DNA from: Thermosulfurimonas dismutans
GTDB taxonomy: Bacteria > Desulfobacterota > Thermodesulfobacteria > Thermodesulfobacteriales > Thermodesulfobacteriaceae
Length of the DNA: 31,103 bases
Assembly (NCBI RefSeq): GCF_001652585.1
Contig: NZ_LWLG01000020.1
Coordinates: forward strand, 1-31,103
Direction of reading: 5' to 3'
Numbering within the stretch: the stretch's first letter is position 1; the number at the start of each line of letters is the position of its first letter. The notes under the pieces are model-generated. The model searched no databases and was not told the origin of the DNA. It saw nothing but the letters and a program-made list of their open reading frames with translations. The position numbers and the translations under genes were made by a program. Below are positions 1 through 6,790 of this stretch, one piece after another.

Positions 1-283
1 GAAGATAGTTATGAAGGGCCGGAAAGAAGGGGTAGACTGCCGTTAAAAGAGAAGTAATGGTTCCGGCTAATAGCGAGATCGTGCGGAAGTTTACCCGGTG
101 TCCCAACCAAGCTACGGCGAAAAGGGCGAGAGTGTGAGGAATAACGAAGTAAGGAAAGTTCTCCGGCCCGTTCATCCGGAGAAAGAAGTAGCCCTGAAGG
201 GGGAAGGCTACTAGCCAGAAGTCGTAGGCCGCAAGCGCCAGTATAGGCCACCAATCCGAATACGGAGGGACTTTTATGCGCAA
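1..283 (-). CDS. hypothetical integral membrane protein, N-terminal part (continues beyond window start)
   Basis: The reverse-strand frame is open from a TTG at 283-281 to position 1, with an in-frame TAA upstream. It reads MRIKVPPYSDWWPILALAAYDFWLVAFPLQGYFFLRMNGPENFPYFVIPHTLALFAVAWLGHRVNFRTISLLAGTITSLLTAVYPFFPALHNYL, which is aromatic and hydrophobic like transmembrane helices. A G-rich SD-like GGTGGGGGAAAG lies directly upstream. It is absent from the ORF track because it runs off the edge. No family was recognised. Confidence 0.4.
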   Translation of the reverse strand, partial: MRIKVPPYSDWWPILALAAYDFWLVAFPLQGYFFLRMNGPENFPYFVIPHTLALFAVAWLGHRVNFRTISLLAGTITSLLTAVYPFFPALHNYL

Positions 284-311
284 CTTTCCCCCACCCCAAA
301 ATACAGCTTTA

Positions 312-352
312 GTTTACAAGGAAGCCTACAGAAGGACTACAAACTCGTCAAC
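312..352. repeat. block 1, copy A of an imperfect about 40-nt direct repeat
   Basis: GTTTACAAGGAAGCCTACAGAAGGACTACAAACTCGTCAAC. It shares the 17-nt identical core TACAGAAGGACTACAAA (327-343) with 680-696, plus a matching GTTTACAA head and TCGTC-AC tail. Confidence 0.8.
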
Positions 353-595
353 TAGAATGTGCATCAATAGTTTCCTAAATATAGTAAAAAGTTGCAGTAG
401 TTGTGAAATATGTTAAAATTAAGCCAACAATATAGTGAGAGAGCAACCTTGTATTCGTAATTTGAGGACAACGGAGGTCGCTAGCGTATAGTTCATTGCT
501 TCCAGTTTAGCTAAGGAGGAAAATTTAAAGCCCGTTAGTAGGGTGAAGTAGATGCTCTTACCGGTAATGATTGGGAGTTTTCTATTAGGGGCAAA

Positions 596-616
596 GGGGG
601 CGTCCTTAGGAGAAAT
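596..616. repeat. block 3, copy A (GGGGGCGTCCTTAGGAGAAAT)
   Basis: Matches 812-834 apart from two one-base indels and one substitution. It lies downstream of block 1 copy A, in the same order as in unit B. Confidence 0.6.
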
Positions 617-665
617 TTATTCTCGAGTTTGCATCCCTCTTTAGTTTTTACACCCTTTGTTTACG

Positions 666-705
666 GTTTACAAAAAGATTACAGAAGGACTACAAAGTCG
701 TCGAC
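666..705. repeat. block 1, copy B of the imperfect direct repeat
   Basis: GTTTACAAAAAGATTACAGAAGGACTACAAAGTCGTCGAC. Its tail runs into a hairpin, GTCGTC-GACCCAAAA-GACGAC (698-718). Confidence 0.8.
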
Positions 706-811
706 CCAAAAGACGACAAATTAAGCCCAAAGTTTACATCCTGCCGACTTGAAACCCCGCTGGAAATCTTTCATGAAGTTTTACAATACTTCAAGTATGT
801 CGAGGAAGAGT

Positions 812-834
812 GGGGGGCGTCCCTTAGGGGAGAT
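812..834. repeat. block 3, copy B (GGGGGGCGTCCCTTAGGGGAGAT)
   Basis: Counterpart of 596-616. It lies downstream of block 1 copy B. Confidence 0.6.
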
Positions 835-1140
835 GGATTAAGAAGAAATAGGGGGTGGAGGAGCTTCTTATGGGGGTAGAGATTGGATGGTATCAGCTCT
901 GTTTAGAGGTGTATCAGGTGGCCGAAAGATCTTTATTCTTTAGGGGCTTTGAATCTCAGGGCCTACCAGGGAGATAGTGTTGAAGGTGATTTGAGGCTCA
1001 CCTTAAACGTGGCTCCGGTTCCAGTCCCGGCCGTCGGGTTGCTTTGCCTCTCCGGGGTTTTGGGATTTTTTGGGGTGCGAAAGAAGATATTTAGTTGATA
1101 TTCTTCGAAAAAAAGAGTTCTTAAACTTATCCGAAGTAGC

Positions 1141-1169
1141 TAGACAAAGGTTTGCCCAATGATTAAATT
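1141..1169 (+). promoter_or_regulatory. candidate sigma70-type promoter giving a leaderless radical SAM mRNA
   Basis: TAGACA (1141-1146), a 17-nt spacer, then TAAATT (1164-1169). The predicted start site at about 1176-1178 coincides with the ATG at 1178. No Shine-Dalgarno sequence precedes that ATG (aaatttatattcaATG). Confidence 0.3.
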
Positions 1170-1177
1170 TATATTCA

Positions 1178-2563
1178 ATGAAAATTGTCTGTATTGAGCC
1201 CCAAAATCCCCGTACGCATGTCTTTTCAGCCTTCAAACTTCCCCGTCTAGCCATGCCCATTCTAGGCACCATCCTGCGGGACCGAGGCCACGAGGTCACG
1301 GTCTTCCTTGAGGAATGGGGCGAGATTGATGAGGGGGCTATCCGAGAGGCGGATCTGGTTCTAATCTCTACTATTACCCCTACCGCTCCCAGGGCTTACG
1401 CCCTTTCCGACAGGATACGCGGGGCTTATGGTAAAAAGGTGGTTCTCGGAGGCCCGCACGTAACTTTCATGCCGGATGAGGCCATGGAGCACGCGGATTT
1501 CGTGGTAAGAGGTGAAGGGGAGCGGACCGTGGTGGAACTGGTGGAGGCCTTAAGTGAGGGCGGTCCTTTTGATCACATTCCCGGTCTTTCCTTCAGGGCC
1601 AACGGTGAGGGGGTGCATAATCCCCCGCGCGAGGAATTTGTTGATTTAAATGAACTCCCAGTCCCAGATTTTTCGCTTGTTCCGGGGGTGTCACCGGAGA
1701 GGCTGAAGATTTATCCCACCATGACCTCAAGGGGTTGTCCCTATGGCTGTGTCTTTTGTTCGGTAATTGCCATGTTCGGCCGGAAGTATCGATACCGGTC
1801 CACCGAACTGATACTGGAAGAGCTTGTCGGGATTGAACGGGGACAGCACGTTTTTTTCTACGACGATAACTTCGCTGCCAATCGTAATCGCACCAAGGAG
1901 CTGCTAGAGGGTATGATCCACAATGGATTTAAAGGCGAGTGGTCTTCTCAAGTGCGGATCGACATCTATAAGGATAAGGAACTTCTTAAACTAATGAAAA
2001 AAAGTAAATGTTACATAGTTTATATTGGCCTCGAGTCTGTGAATCCGGAGACCCTGAAGGCTTTTCGCAAAGGCATCACTTATCAGGAAATTGAGGAGGG
2101 GATTCGGACCTTGCATGCTTACGGCATCAGGGTTCACGGTATGTTCGTGCTCGGAGCCGACACCGATACCGAGGAGACCATCTGGGCTACCTTGGAGTTC
2201 GCCCGGGCGGTTCGTCTCGATTCTGCGCAGTTTCTCATCCTTACTCCTATTCCAGGGTCTAAACTGTTTGAAAATTACCGCAAGGCCGGAAGGATATTTG
2301 ATTCCCGGTGGGATCTATACGACGGCCATCATGTGGTCTTTCATCCCGAAAGGGTTTCCGTAAAACGTCTCCAAGAGCTTTCCTATCTGCTCCACCAAAA
2401 ATTCTATTCCCTGAAAGAGGCCTTCCGATCCCTTTCTAAAGGGGATCTTCACGGGGCTTACATCCGCTACCTTGGACGTCGTTTTGTAAGGCGCTGGCGG
2501 GAGGAAAATCGCGACTATTTCGCCTATTTGAGTTCCTTAACCACCGAAAGAGCCTTCTCGTAG
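1178..2563 (+). CDS. B12-binding-domain radical SAM protein (class B rSAM), substrate unknown
   Basis: 461 aa. The N-terminal segment is Rossmann-like and resembles a cobalamin-binding domain (MKIVCIEP...ADLVLISTITP...VVLGGPHVT). The radical SAM CxxxCxxC motif is in TSRGCPYGCVFCS. The TIM-barrel region YIGLESV...VHGMFVLG is typical of the family. Confidence 0.9.
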   Translation: MKIVCIEPQNPRTHVFSAFKLPRLAMPILGTILRDRGHEVTVFLEEWGEIDEGAIREADLVLISTITPTAPRAYALSDRIRGAYGKKVVLGGPHVTFMPDEAMEHADFVVRGEGERTVVELVEALSEGGPFDHIPGLSFRANGEGVHNPPREEFVDLNELPVPDFSLVPGVSPERLKIYPTMTSRGCPYGCVFCSVIAMFGRKYRYRSTELILEELVGIERGQHVFFYDDNFAANRNRTKELLEGMIHNGFKGEWSSQVRIDIYKDKELLKLMKKSKCYIVYIGLESVNPETLKAFRKGITYQEIEEGIRTLHAYGIRVHGMFVLGADTDTEETIWATLEFARAVRLDSAQFLILTPIPGSKLFENYRKAGRIFDSRWDLYDGHHVVFHPERVSVKRLQELSYLLHQKFYSLKEAFRSLSKGDLHGAYIRYLGRRFVRRWREENRDYFAYLSSLTTERAFS

Positions 2564-3546
2564 TCGGGTTCTTGGGTAATCTCCGGGACAATCTCGACGT
2601 ATCGAACTAGCCCATTACTATCTATTACGAAGACCGCGCGGGAAAGAAGACGAAGTTCTTTGATAAGGACCCCATAATTACGGCCGAAAGAAGCTTCCTG
2701 GTAGTCCGAAAGGGCGTAAACCCGGTCGATGCCTGCTTGGGTGCAGAAGCGGGCGATGGCGAAGGGGAGGTCCATGCTAATGTTGATGACCGCTACCTTG
2801 TCGGAAAGACCGGCCGCCTCCTGGTTGAACCTCCGGGCCTGGAGATCACAGACCGGGGTATCGAGAGATGGGGTTACACTTATAACCAAAATTTGATCCT
2901 TAAAATCCGAAAGATTTACCGGTTTTAGATCTTTGTCCACTACCGTGAAATCCGGGGCCTTGAGGCCGGGTTTAATCTCCGGGCCGAGGAGGGTTAAGGG
3001 CTGGCCCTGGAAGGTGACGAGCCCGGGCCTCTCCTCAAGGCCCTTCAATTTTTTCATGAGGGCCTGCATGAAGGCCGGAAGGTCCGAAGGCTGGCGGGAG
3101 GTGATGATTTGACCGTCAACCACTACTTCTTGATCCAGATAGTTTGCTCCACAGGCCGAAAGTTCGTCTTTTACCGAACGGTAACAGGTGGCCTTCCGAT
3201 CTTTAAGTAGCCCGGCCGAGATCAGAATCTGTGGTCCGTGACAGATGGCCGCAATGGGTTTTCCGGCCCCGTAAAAACCTTTTACAATCTCAAGTACCCG
3301 TGGATTTTCCCTGAGTTTGGCCGGGGCCTTTCCCCCTGGGAGAACGAGCCCGGCGTACTCTTCAGGTTTGACTTCCTCCACTGAAAGACCAGCCTCCACC
3401 TCATAACCCCGTTTCCCACGAATCTTGCCCCTCTCAAGGGAAGCGATATCCACTTCAAAGCCCTCTTCCCTAAGGCGATAATAGGGGAAGAGGAGTTCGC
3501 TGTCCTCAAATTGGTCGGCACTGATAATAAGGACTCTCATAGGCAT
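2524..3546 (-). CDS. fusion protein: DJ-1/PfpI-family domain (N-terminal) plus thiol peroxidase Tpx domain (C-terminal)
   Basis: I take the start at ATG 3546-3544 (MPMRVLII), preceded by GGAGGAA. The ORF-track start at 3759 would overlap the divergent usp gene. Residues 1-170 align by eye to Pyrococcus PfpI (FEDSELLFPYYRL, PGGKAP, AAICHGPQILISAG, VVVDGQIITSR). Residues 177-340 align to E. coli Tpx (VTFQG.P..L, SLDTPVCDLQARRFNQ, DLPFAIARFCTQAG, EPDYEKAL). One continuous frame covers both domains with no stop. Confidence 0.9.
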   Translation of the reverse strand: MPMRVLIISADQFEDSELLFPYYRLREEGFEVDIASLERGKIRGKRGYEVEAGLSVEEVKPEEYAGLVLPGGKAPAKLRENPRVLEIVKGFYGAGKPIAAICHGPQILISAGLLKDRKATCYRSVKDELSACGANYLDQEVVVDGQIITSRQPSDLPAFMQALMKKLKGLEERPGLVTFQGQPLTLLGPEIKPGLKAPDFTVVDKDLKPVNLSDFKDQILVISVTPSLDTPVCDLQARRFNQEAAGLSDKVAVINISMDLPFAIARFCTQAGIDRVYALSDYQEASFGRNYGVLIKELRLLSRAVFVIDSNGLVRYVEIVPEITQEPDYEKALSVVKELK

Positions 3547-3612
3547 TTCCTCCGGCTTTTGATATAAAATAAGTCTTGTTTCGGCACTCGCCAGTATTAG
3601 CTTAAGGGTAGA

Positions 3613-4551
3613 ATGATGGAGCTTACGAGAAAAGTGCTTCTGGCCTTCGAGGGAACTACCCCTTCGAGACGGGCGGTGGAATATTTGAAGTCCGTTTTTG
3701 GAAAGCGTAAGGATTTCGAAGTGGTGGTTTGCTGTATTGCGAGGCGTCCTCCGGCTCATCTTTTAACCTCCGGAGGCCGTAAATCCATGATCCTGCGGGA
3801 GAAGATGTTGGAGGAGGTCATCCAGGAAAACATGGACCAGGCCCGAAAGCTTGCCGAAAGGGGAAGGGACCTCCTTTGTGAAGTCTTTCCGGAAGAAGCC
3901 ATTGAGACCAAAGTCTCTCTACAGCATGGAGATCTGGCTTACGAGATCATAAGAGAGGCCGAGGGCGGAAATTATGACGCTATCGTGATAGGACGGCGAG
4001 GGCTGTCCCGCCTCACCCAGAGTTTTATGGGGAGCGTCTCCTATAAAGTTGCCGAACATGCCCGGGTTCCGGTCTGGATGGTTTCCGGGAAGGCCTGGAA
4101 CCGGAAGGTACTGGTAGCGGTAGATCTGGAGGAACCCGGTTTTAAGGTGGTGGATCACGTGGCCTTCATCTTCTCCGAAGATCCAGAAGTTGAGATCACC
4201 CTCCTCCACGTGGTTTATCCCTTTGCAGGTGCCGGTCCCAGGACGGAAACCCTGAAAGAGGTCGAGACTAGACTCGCCGAGGAGGAAGAGGAGGAGGCCA
4301 GGGCCTTTTTTGAGAAGGCCCGGGGACTTTTTGAGGAAGGCGGTTTTCCTGCCGAAAGGGTGCGAGTAAAGATCATCCGTTCCATCTTTGGGCCGGCCTC
4401 GGCCATTCTGAAGGAAGCCCGGCGCGGAAACTATGGTACTGTGGTGGTGGGCCGAAGGGGCCGCGGGGGCTTCAAAGGTCTCCTTCTCGGCTCAGTTTCG
4501 GCCAAGATTATATCCACCCTCAAGGATCGTACGGTATGGCTGGTAAGCTAG
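3613..4551 (+). CDS. tandem universal stress protein (two UspA domains)
   Basis: 312 aa made of two Usp-like halves. Each half ends in a G-x2-G-x9-G-S/T type motif: [22 protein letters not shown] and [22 protein letters not shown]. Confidence 0.85.
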   Translation: MMELTRKVLLAFEGTTPSRRAVEYLKSVFGKRKDFEVVVCCIARRPPAHLLTSGGRKSMILREKMLEEVIQENMDQARKLAERGRDLLCEVFPEEAIETKVSLQHGDLAYEIIREAEGGNYDAIVIGRRGLSRLTQSFMGSVSYKVAEHARVPVWMVSGKAWNRKVLVAVDLEEPGFKVVDHVAFIFSEDPEVEITLLHVVYPFAGAGPRTETLKEVETRLAEEEEEEARAFFEKARGLFEEGGFPAERVRVKIIRSIFGPASAILKEARRGNYGTVVVGRRGRGGFKGLLLGSVSAKIISTLKDRTVWLVS

Positions 4552-4727
4552 TAAAGTGCCCTATATGCCGCAAACCGGTTACCTGGGAGGGAAATCCTCA
4601 TCGGCCCTTCTGTTCCGAGCGGTGCAAACTGGTGGATCTGGGACACTGGTTGTCGGAAGATTACCGGATTTCGGTGCCGAGAGATATCCTTGAAGACGAA
4701 AAGGAGGTGGATGATGGAAAAGTATGA
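4536..4727 (+). CDS. yacG: DNA gyrase inhibitor YacG (zinc-ribbon protein)
   Basis: 63 aa with CPICRK...[18 protein letters not shown], the four-Cys YacG signature. The start overlaps the usp stop by 16 nt. Confidence 0.85.
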   Translation: MAGKLVKCPICRKPVTWEGNPHRPFCSERCKLVDLGHWLSEDYRISVPRDILEDEKEVDDGKV

Positions 4728-5631
4728 GGTAGCAATCGTGGGTTGTGGTCCGGCCGGACTTCAGGCCGCTATCCATACGGCCAGAAGGAAGCTAAAGACT
4801 ATTGTTTTCGGGAAACCCGAAGCCAGTGCCCTCTACCGAGCCCACATGGAAAATTATTTTGGTTTTGCGGAAAAGGTCTCTGGAGAAGACCTTATCAAGG
4901 CGGGTCTCGCTCAAATCCTGCGCTTCGGAGCCGAGCACGTCCCGGAGGATGTGGTGAGCCTTGAGACCACTGACGAAGGTTTTAAGGTGGTTTCGGAATC
5001 GGGGAGCGAGATTCTGGCTGGGGCCCTTATCCTCGCCCTGGGTGTTACCCGGCGCAAGAAAAAGATCAAAGGCGAGGCCGAACTGGTGGGGAAAGGAGTC
5101 TCCTATTGTGTGGACTGCGATGGTTTCTTTTTCCGTGGAGAGCCGGTGGCCGTAGTGGGCGAAGGCAGCGCTGCGGTCCACGGGGCCCTTACCCTTTCCC
5201 GCATAGCCTCGGAGGTTTACCTGGTAGCCGAGAAACTGGGGGTAACCGAGGCTCTGGAACACGAGCTTCTCCAATCATCTGTGAAATGGATACGGACTCA
5301 GGCGGAGGAGGTTCTGGGAGAAGAGGCCGTCTCTGGTCTAAGGCTTTCCGACGGTACGGTCCTTCAGGTAAAAGGGGTCTTTTTCGAGGAAGGGGCCAAG
5401 GGGGCCCTAGAGCTGGCGACGGCTCTTGGCGTGGCGCTTGATCCCGAAAACATGCGCTATATTCAGGTAGACCGCCGTCAGGCCACCAACGTCCCAGGAG
5501 TCTTTGCCGCCGGGGATGTCACCGGTCCCCCCTTTCAGGTGGCCAAAGCCGTGGGTGAGGGCTGCATAGCCGCCATTTCGGCCGCGGACTTCCTCTCCGA
5601 GAAGAATCGGGCCAGGAAGGTTGAAGACTAG
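4714..5631 (+). CDS. thioredoxin-reductase-like FAD-dependent disulfide oxidoreductase (lacks the NADPH 2'-phosphate motif)
   Basis: AAGGAGG lies at 4701-4707, 6 nt before ATG 4714. ATG 4711 is an alternative start, and the track's TTG at 4690 is unlikely. Motifs: [10 protein letters not shown] (FAD), redox CVDC (5107-5118) aligned with the Trx[15 protein letters not shown] as the second Rossmann motif, and C-terminal VFAAGDV. Confidence 0.85.
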   Translation: MEKYEVAIVGCGPAGLQAAIHTARRKLKTIVFGKPEASALYRAHMENYFGFAEKVSGEDLIKAGLAQILRFGAEHVPEDVVSLETTDEGFKVVSESGSEILAGALILALGVTRRKKKIKGEAELVGKGVSYCVDCDGFFFRGEPVAVVGEGSAAVHGALTLSRIASEVYLVAEKLGVTEALEHELLQSSVKWIRTQAEEVLGEEAVSGLRLSDGTVLQVKGVFFEEGAKGALELATALGVALDPENMRYIQVDRRQATNVPGVFAAGDVTGPPFQVAKAVGEGCIAAISAADFLSEKNRARKVED

Positions 5632-6790
5632 AACTTACCTGGTCAGTTTTTCCGGAGAGATCGGGATAAAGAGCCCCGGAACCAGGAAGGCCCTCCAGGA
5701 ACTGGCTGTAAGGAATTTCCTTAGCCGGGCCACCGCGGCGGGGCTCTTTGTGGAAACAAAGGCCTTATCCGGACGCCTTTTGATGAAGGGGCCTCCGGAA
5801 TTAAAAGCCCTCCTTCTTTCTCACTTTGGCTTCGGGAAGGTGGCCGAGTTTTACGAACTCTCACCTAATGATCTGCTTTCTTCCGGCTTTCTGGAGGAAA
5901 TTCTACCTGAAAGACCCTTTACCTATGTGGTCTATGTAGATCGGGTGAAACCAAAGGATAGATTTCAGGAGGTTTTAAATCTCAAAAACACATTCCTTGC
6001 AAAACTGGAAGAAGAGTCTCGGGGGCGGTTGCTTTCGGTCTGGGACAACTTTCCCCCGGAAAGGCTTGAGATCAGACTAGAAGCCATGGATCACAAAATC
6101 TTTGTGCTGATGAATCCTAAAGTCGGGGTTTCCGGACTTCCGGTGGGGTCAGGAGAGCGGGTGCTAACCCTTTTTTCTGGAGGGCCGGATTCTCTCCTTG
6201 CGGCTCTACTTCTTGCAAGACGTGGACAGGAGGTGGCGCTTCTTTTTATGGATGACGGCGAAGAGGGCCGATGGGAAGCGGTGCAGCAGGCGGCTTCTGA
6301 ACTGGCCTATTTCTTTCCCGGGATGAGTCTCAATCTTTACCGTTTGCCCTACCGGGAAATTCTTGAGTTCCTGTCATCCAAAACTCCCAAAAGGGAAAGA
6401 TGCTTCTTTTGCAAGGCTACCATGCTAAAACTGGCCACCGAGTTGGCCCAGAGGGAAGGCTTTTCGGCAGTGGGTACCGGCGAGATCATAGGTGAGCAGG
6501 CCAGCCAGACCCTTCCGGCCCTTAGATTCACCTCAGCGGTGGTTCCCGGCCTGGTGCTGCGACCGCTTTTGACCTTCAACAAGGAAGAGGTTTTTCAACA
6601 ACTTGAGAGGGTAGGGCTAGGAGAAGTGGCCAGGCGCAGCCTACCTCCCTGTCCTTTTGTTCCGGATCATCCTCATACCCGTCCGGTAAGCAACGCGACA
6701 GCCGTGGATCGAATATGGCCAAAGATAAAGAATCGGGTTAAACAACCGGAAAGGGTTAAAGTCTGCCGAGGAGGAGGTCTCTATGGATAA
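5621..6790 (+). CDS. thiI: ThiI-like tRNA sulfurtransferase (PP-loop ATPase), rhodanese-less CxxC type
   Basis: 389 aa. The N-terminus LVSFSGEIGIKS resembles the ThiI N-terminal domain. The PP-loop is LFSGGPDS (6176-6193). There is CFFC at Cys261/Cys264 (6401-6412) and a third Cys344 (6650-6652). No C-terminal rhodanese domain is present. The TTG start overlaps the upstream stop by 11 nt. Confidence 0.75.
   Translation: MKTRTYLVSFSGEIGIKSPGTRKALQELAVRNFLSRATAAGLFVETKALSGRLLMKGPPELKALLLSHFGFGKVAEFYELSPNDLLSSGFLEEILPERPFTYVVYVDRVKPKDRFQEVLNLKNTFLAKLEEESRGRLLSVWDNFPPERLEIRLEAMDHKIFVLMNPKVGVSGLPVGSGERVLTLFSGGPDSLLAALLLARRGQEVALLFMDDGEEGRWEAVQQAASELAYFFPGMSLNLYRLPYREILEFLSSKTPKRERCFFCKATMLKLATELAQREGFSAVGTGEIIGEQASQTLPALRFTSAVVPGLVLRPLLTFNKEEVFQQLERVGLGEVARRSLPPCPFVPDHPHTRPVSNATAVDRIWPKIKNRVKQPERVKVCRGGGLYG

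Noticed and set aside
9-299. ORF-track entry, 96 aa on the minus strand (MGWGKVAHKSPS...)
   Set aside because: Its composition is rich in Ser/Leu/Pro/Arg/Gly, typical of an off-frame read. A different minus-strand frame (283 to 1, open to the window edge) gives a convincing membrane-protein sequence with an SD-like motif, so I annotated that frame instead.
312-934. Degenerate or orphan CRISPR array suggested by units that start GTTTACA and end ACAAAC/GAAAC/GAAAG
   Set aside because: Only the two block 1 copies are really similar, and they are 354 bp apart rather than 60-80 bp. The other GTTTAC-headed stretches share only about 7 nt. There is no regular period and no cas gene in the window.
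1036-1075. G-quadruplex or telomere-like G4T4 motif (GGGGTTTTGGGATTTTTTGGGG)
   Set aside because: Only three closely spaced G-runs are present. The fourth requires a 15-nt loop. I treated the motif as part of the inverted-repeat observation instead.
284-1177. Replication origin (an AT-rich gap in a window that also has gyrA and yacG)
   Set aside because: I found no cluster of DnaA-box-like 9-mers. The best matches are isolated (TTATCCGAA at about 1128 and TGTGAAATA at about 403). There is no dnaA or dnaN nearby. The AATAT(A)GT triplet at 379-440 is too weak to call a DNA-unwinding element.
1003-1299. 98-aa minus-strand ORF overlapping the start of the radical SAM gene
   Set aside because: It is antisense to a well-supported gene, Arg/Ser-rich, has no SD and resembles nothing recognisable.
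3547-3759. 71-codon N-terminal extension of the 2524-3759 ORF
   Set aside because: The extension overlaps the divergent usp gene and its upstream region and has no homology to PfpI. The internal ATG at 3546 has a GGAGGAA SD and starts exactly where PfpI homologues start.
4690-4713. Upstream TTG start for the TrxR-like gene
   Set aside because: It adds MKTKRRW upstream of the AAGGAGG SD. The ATG at 4714 (or 4711) follows the SD at proper spacing and gives the canonical N-terminus just before the GxGxxG motif.
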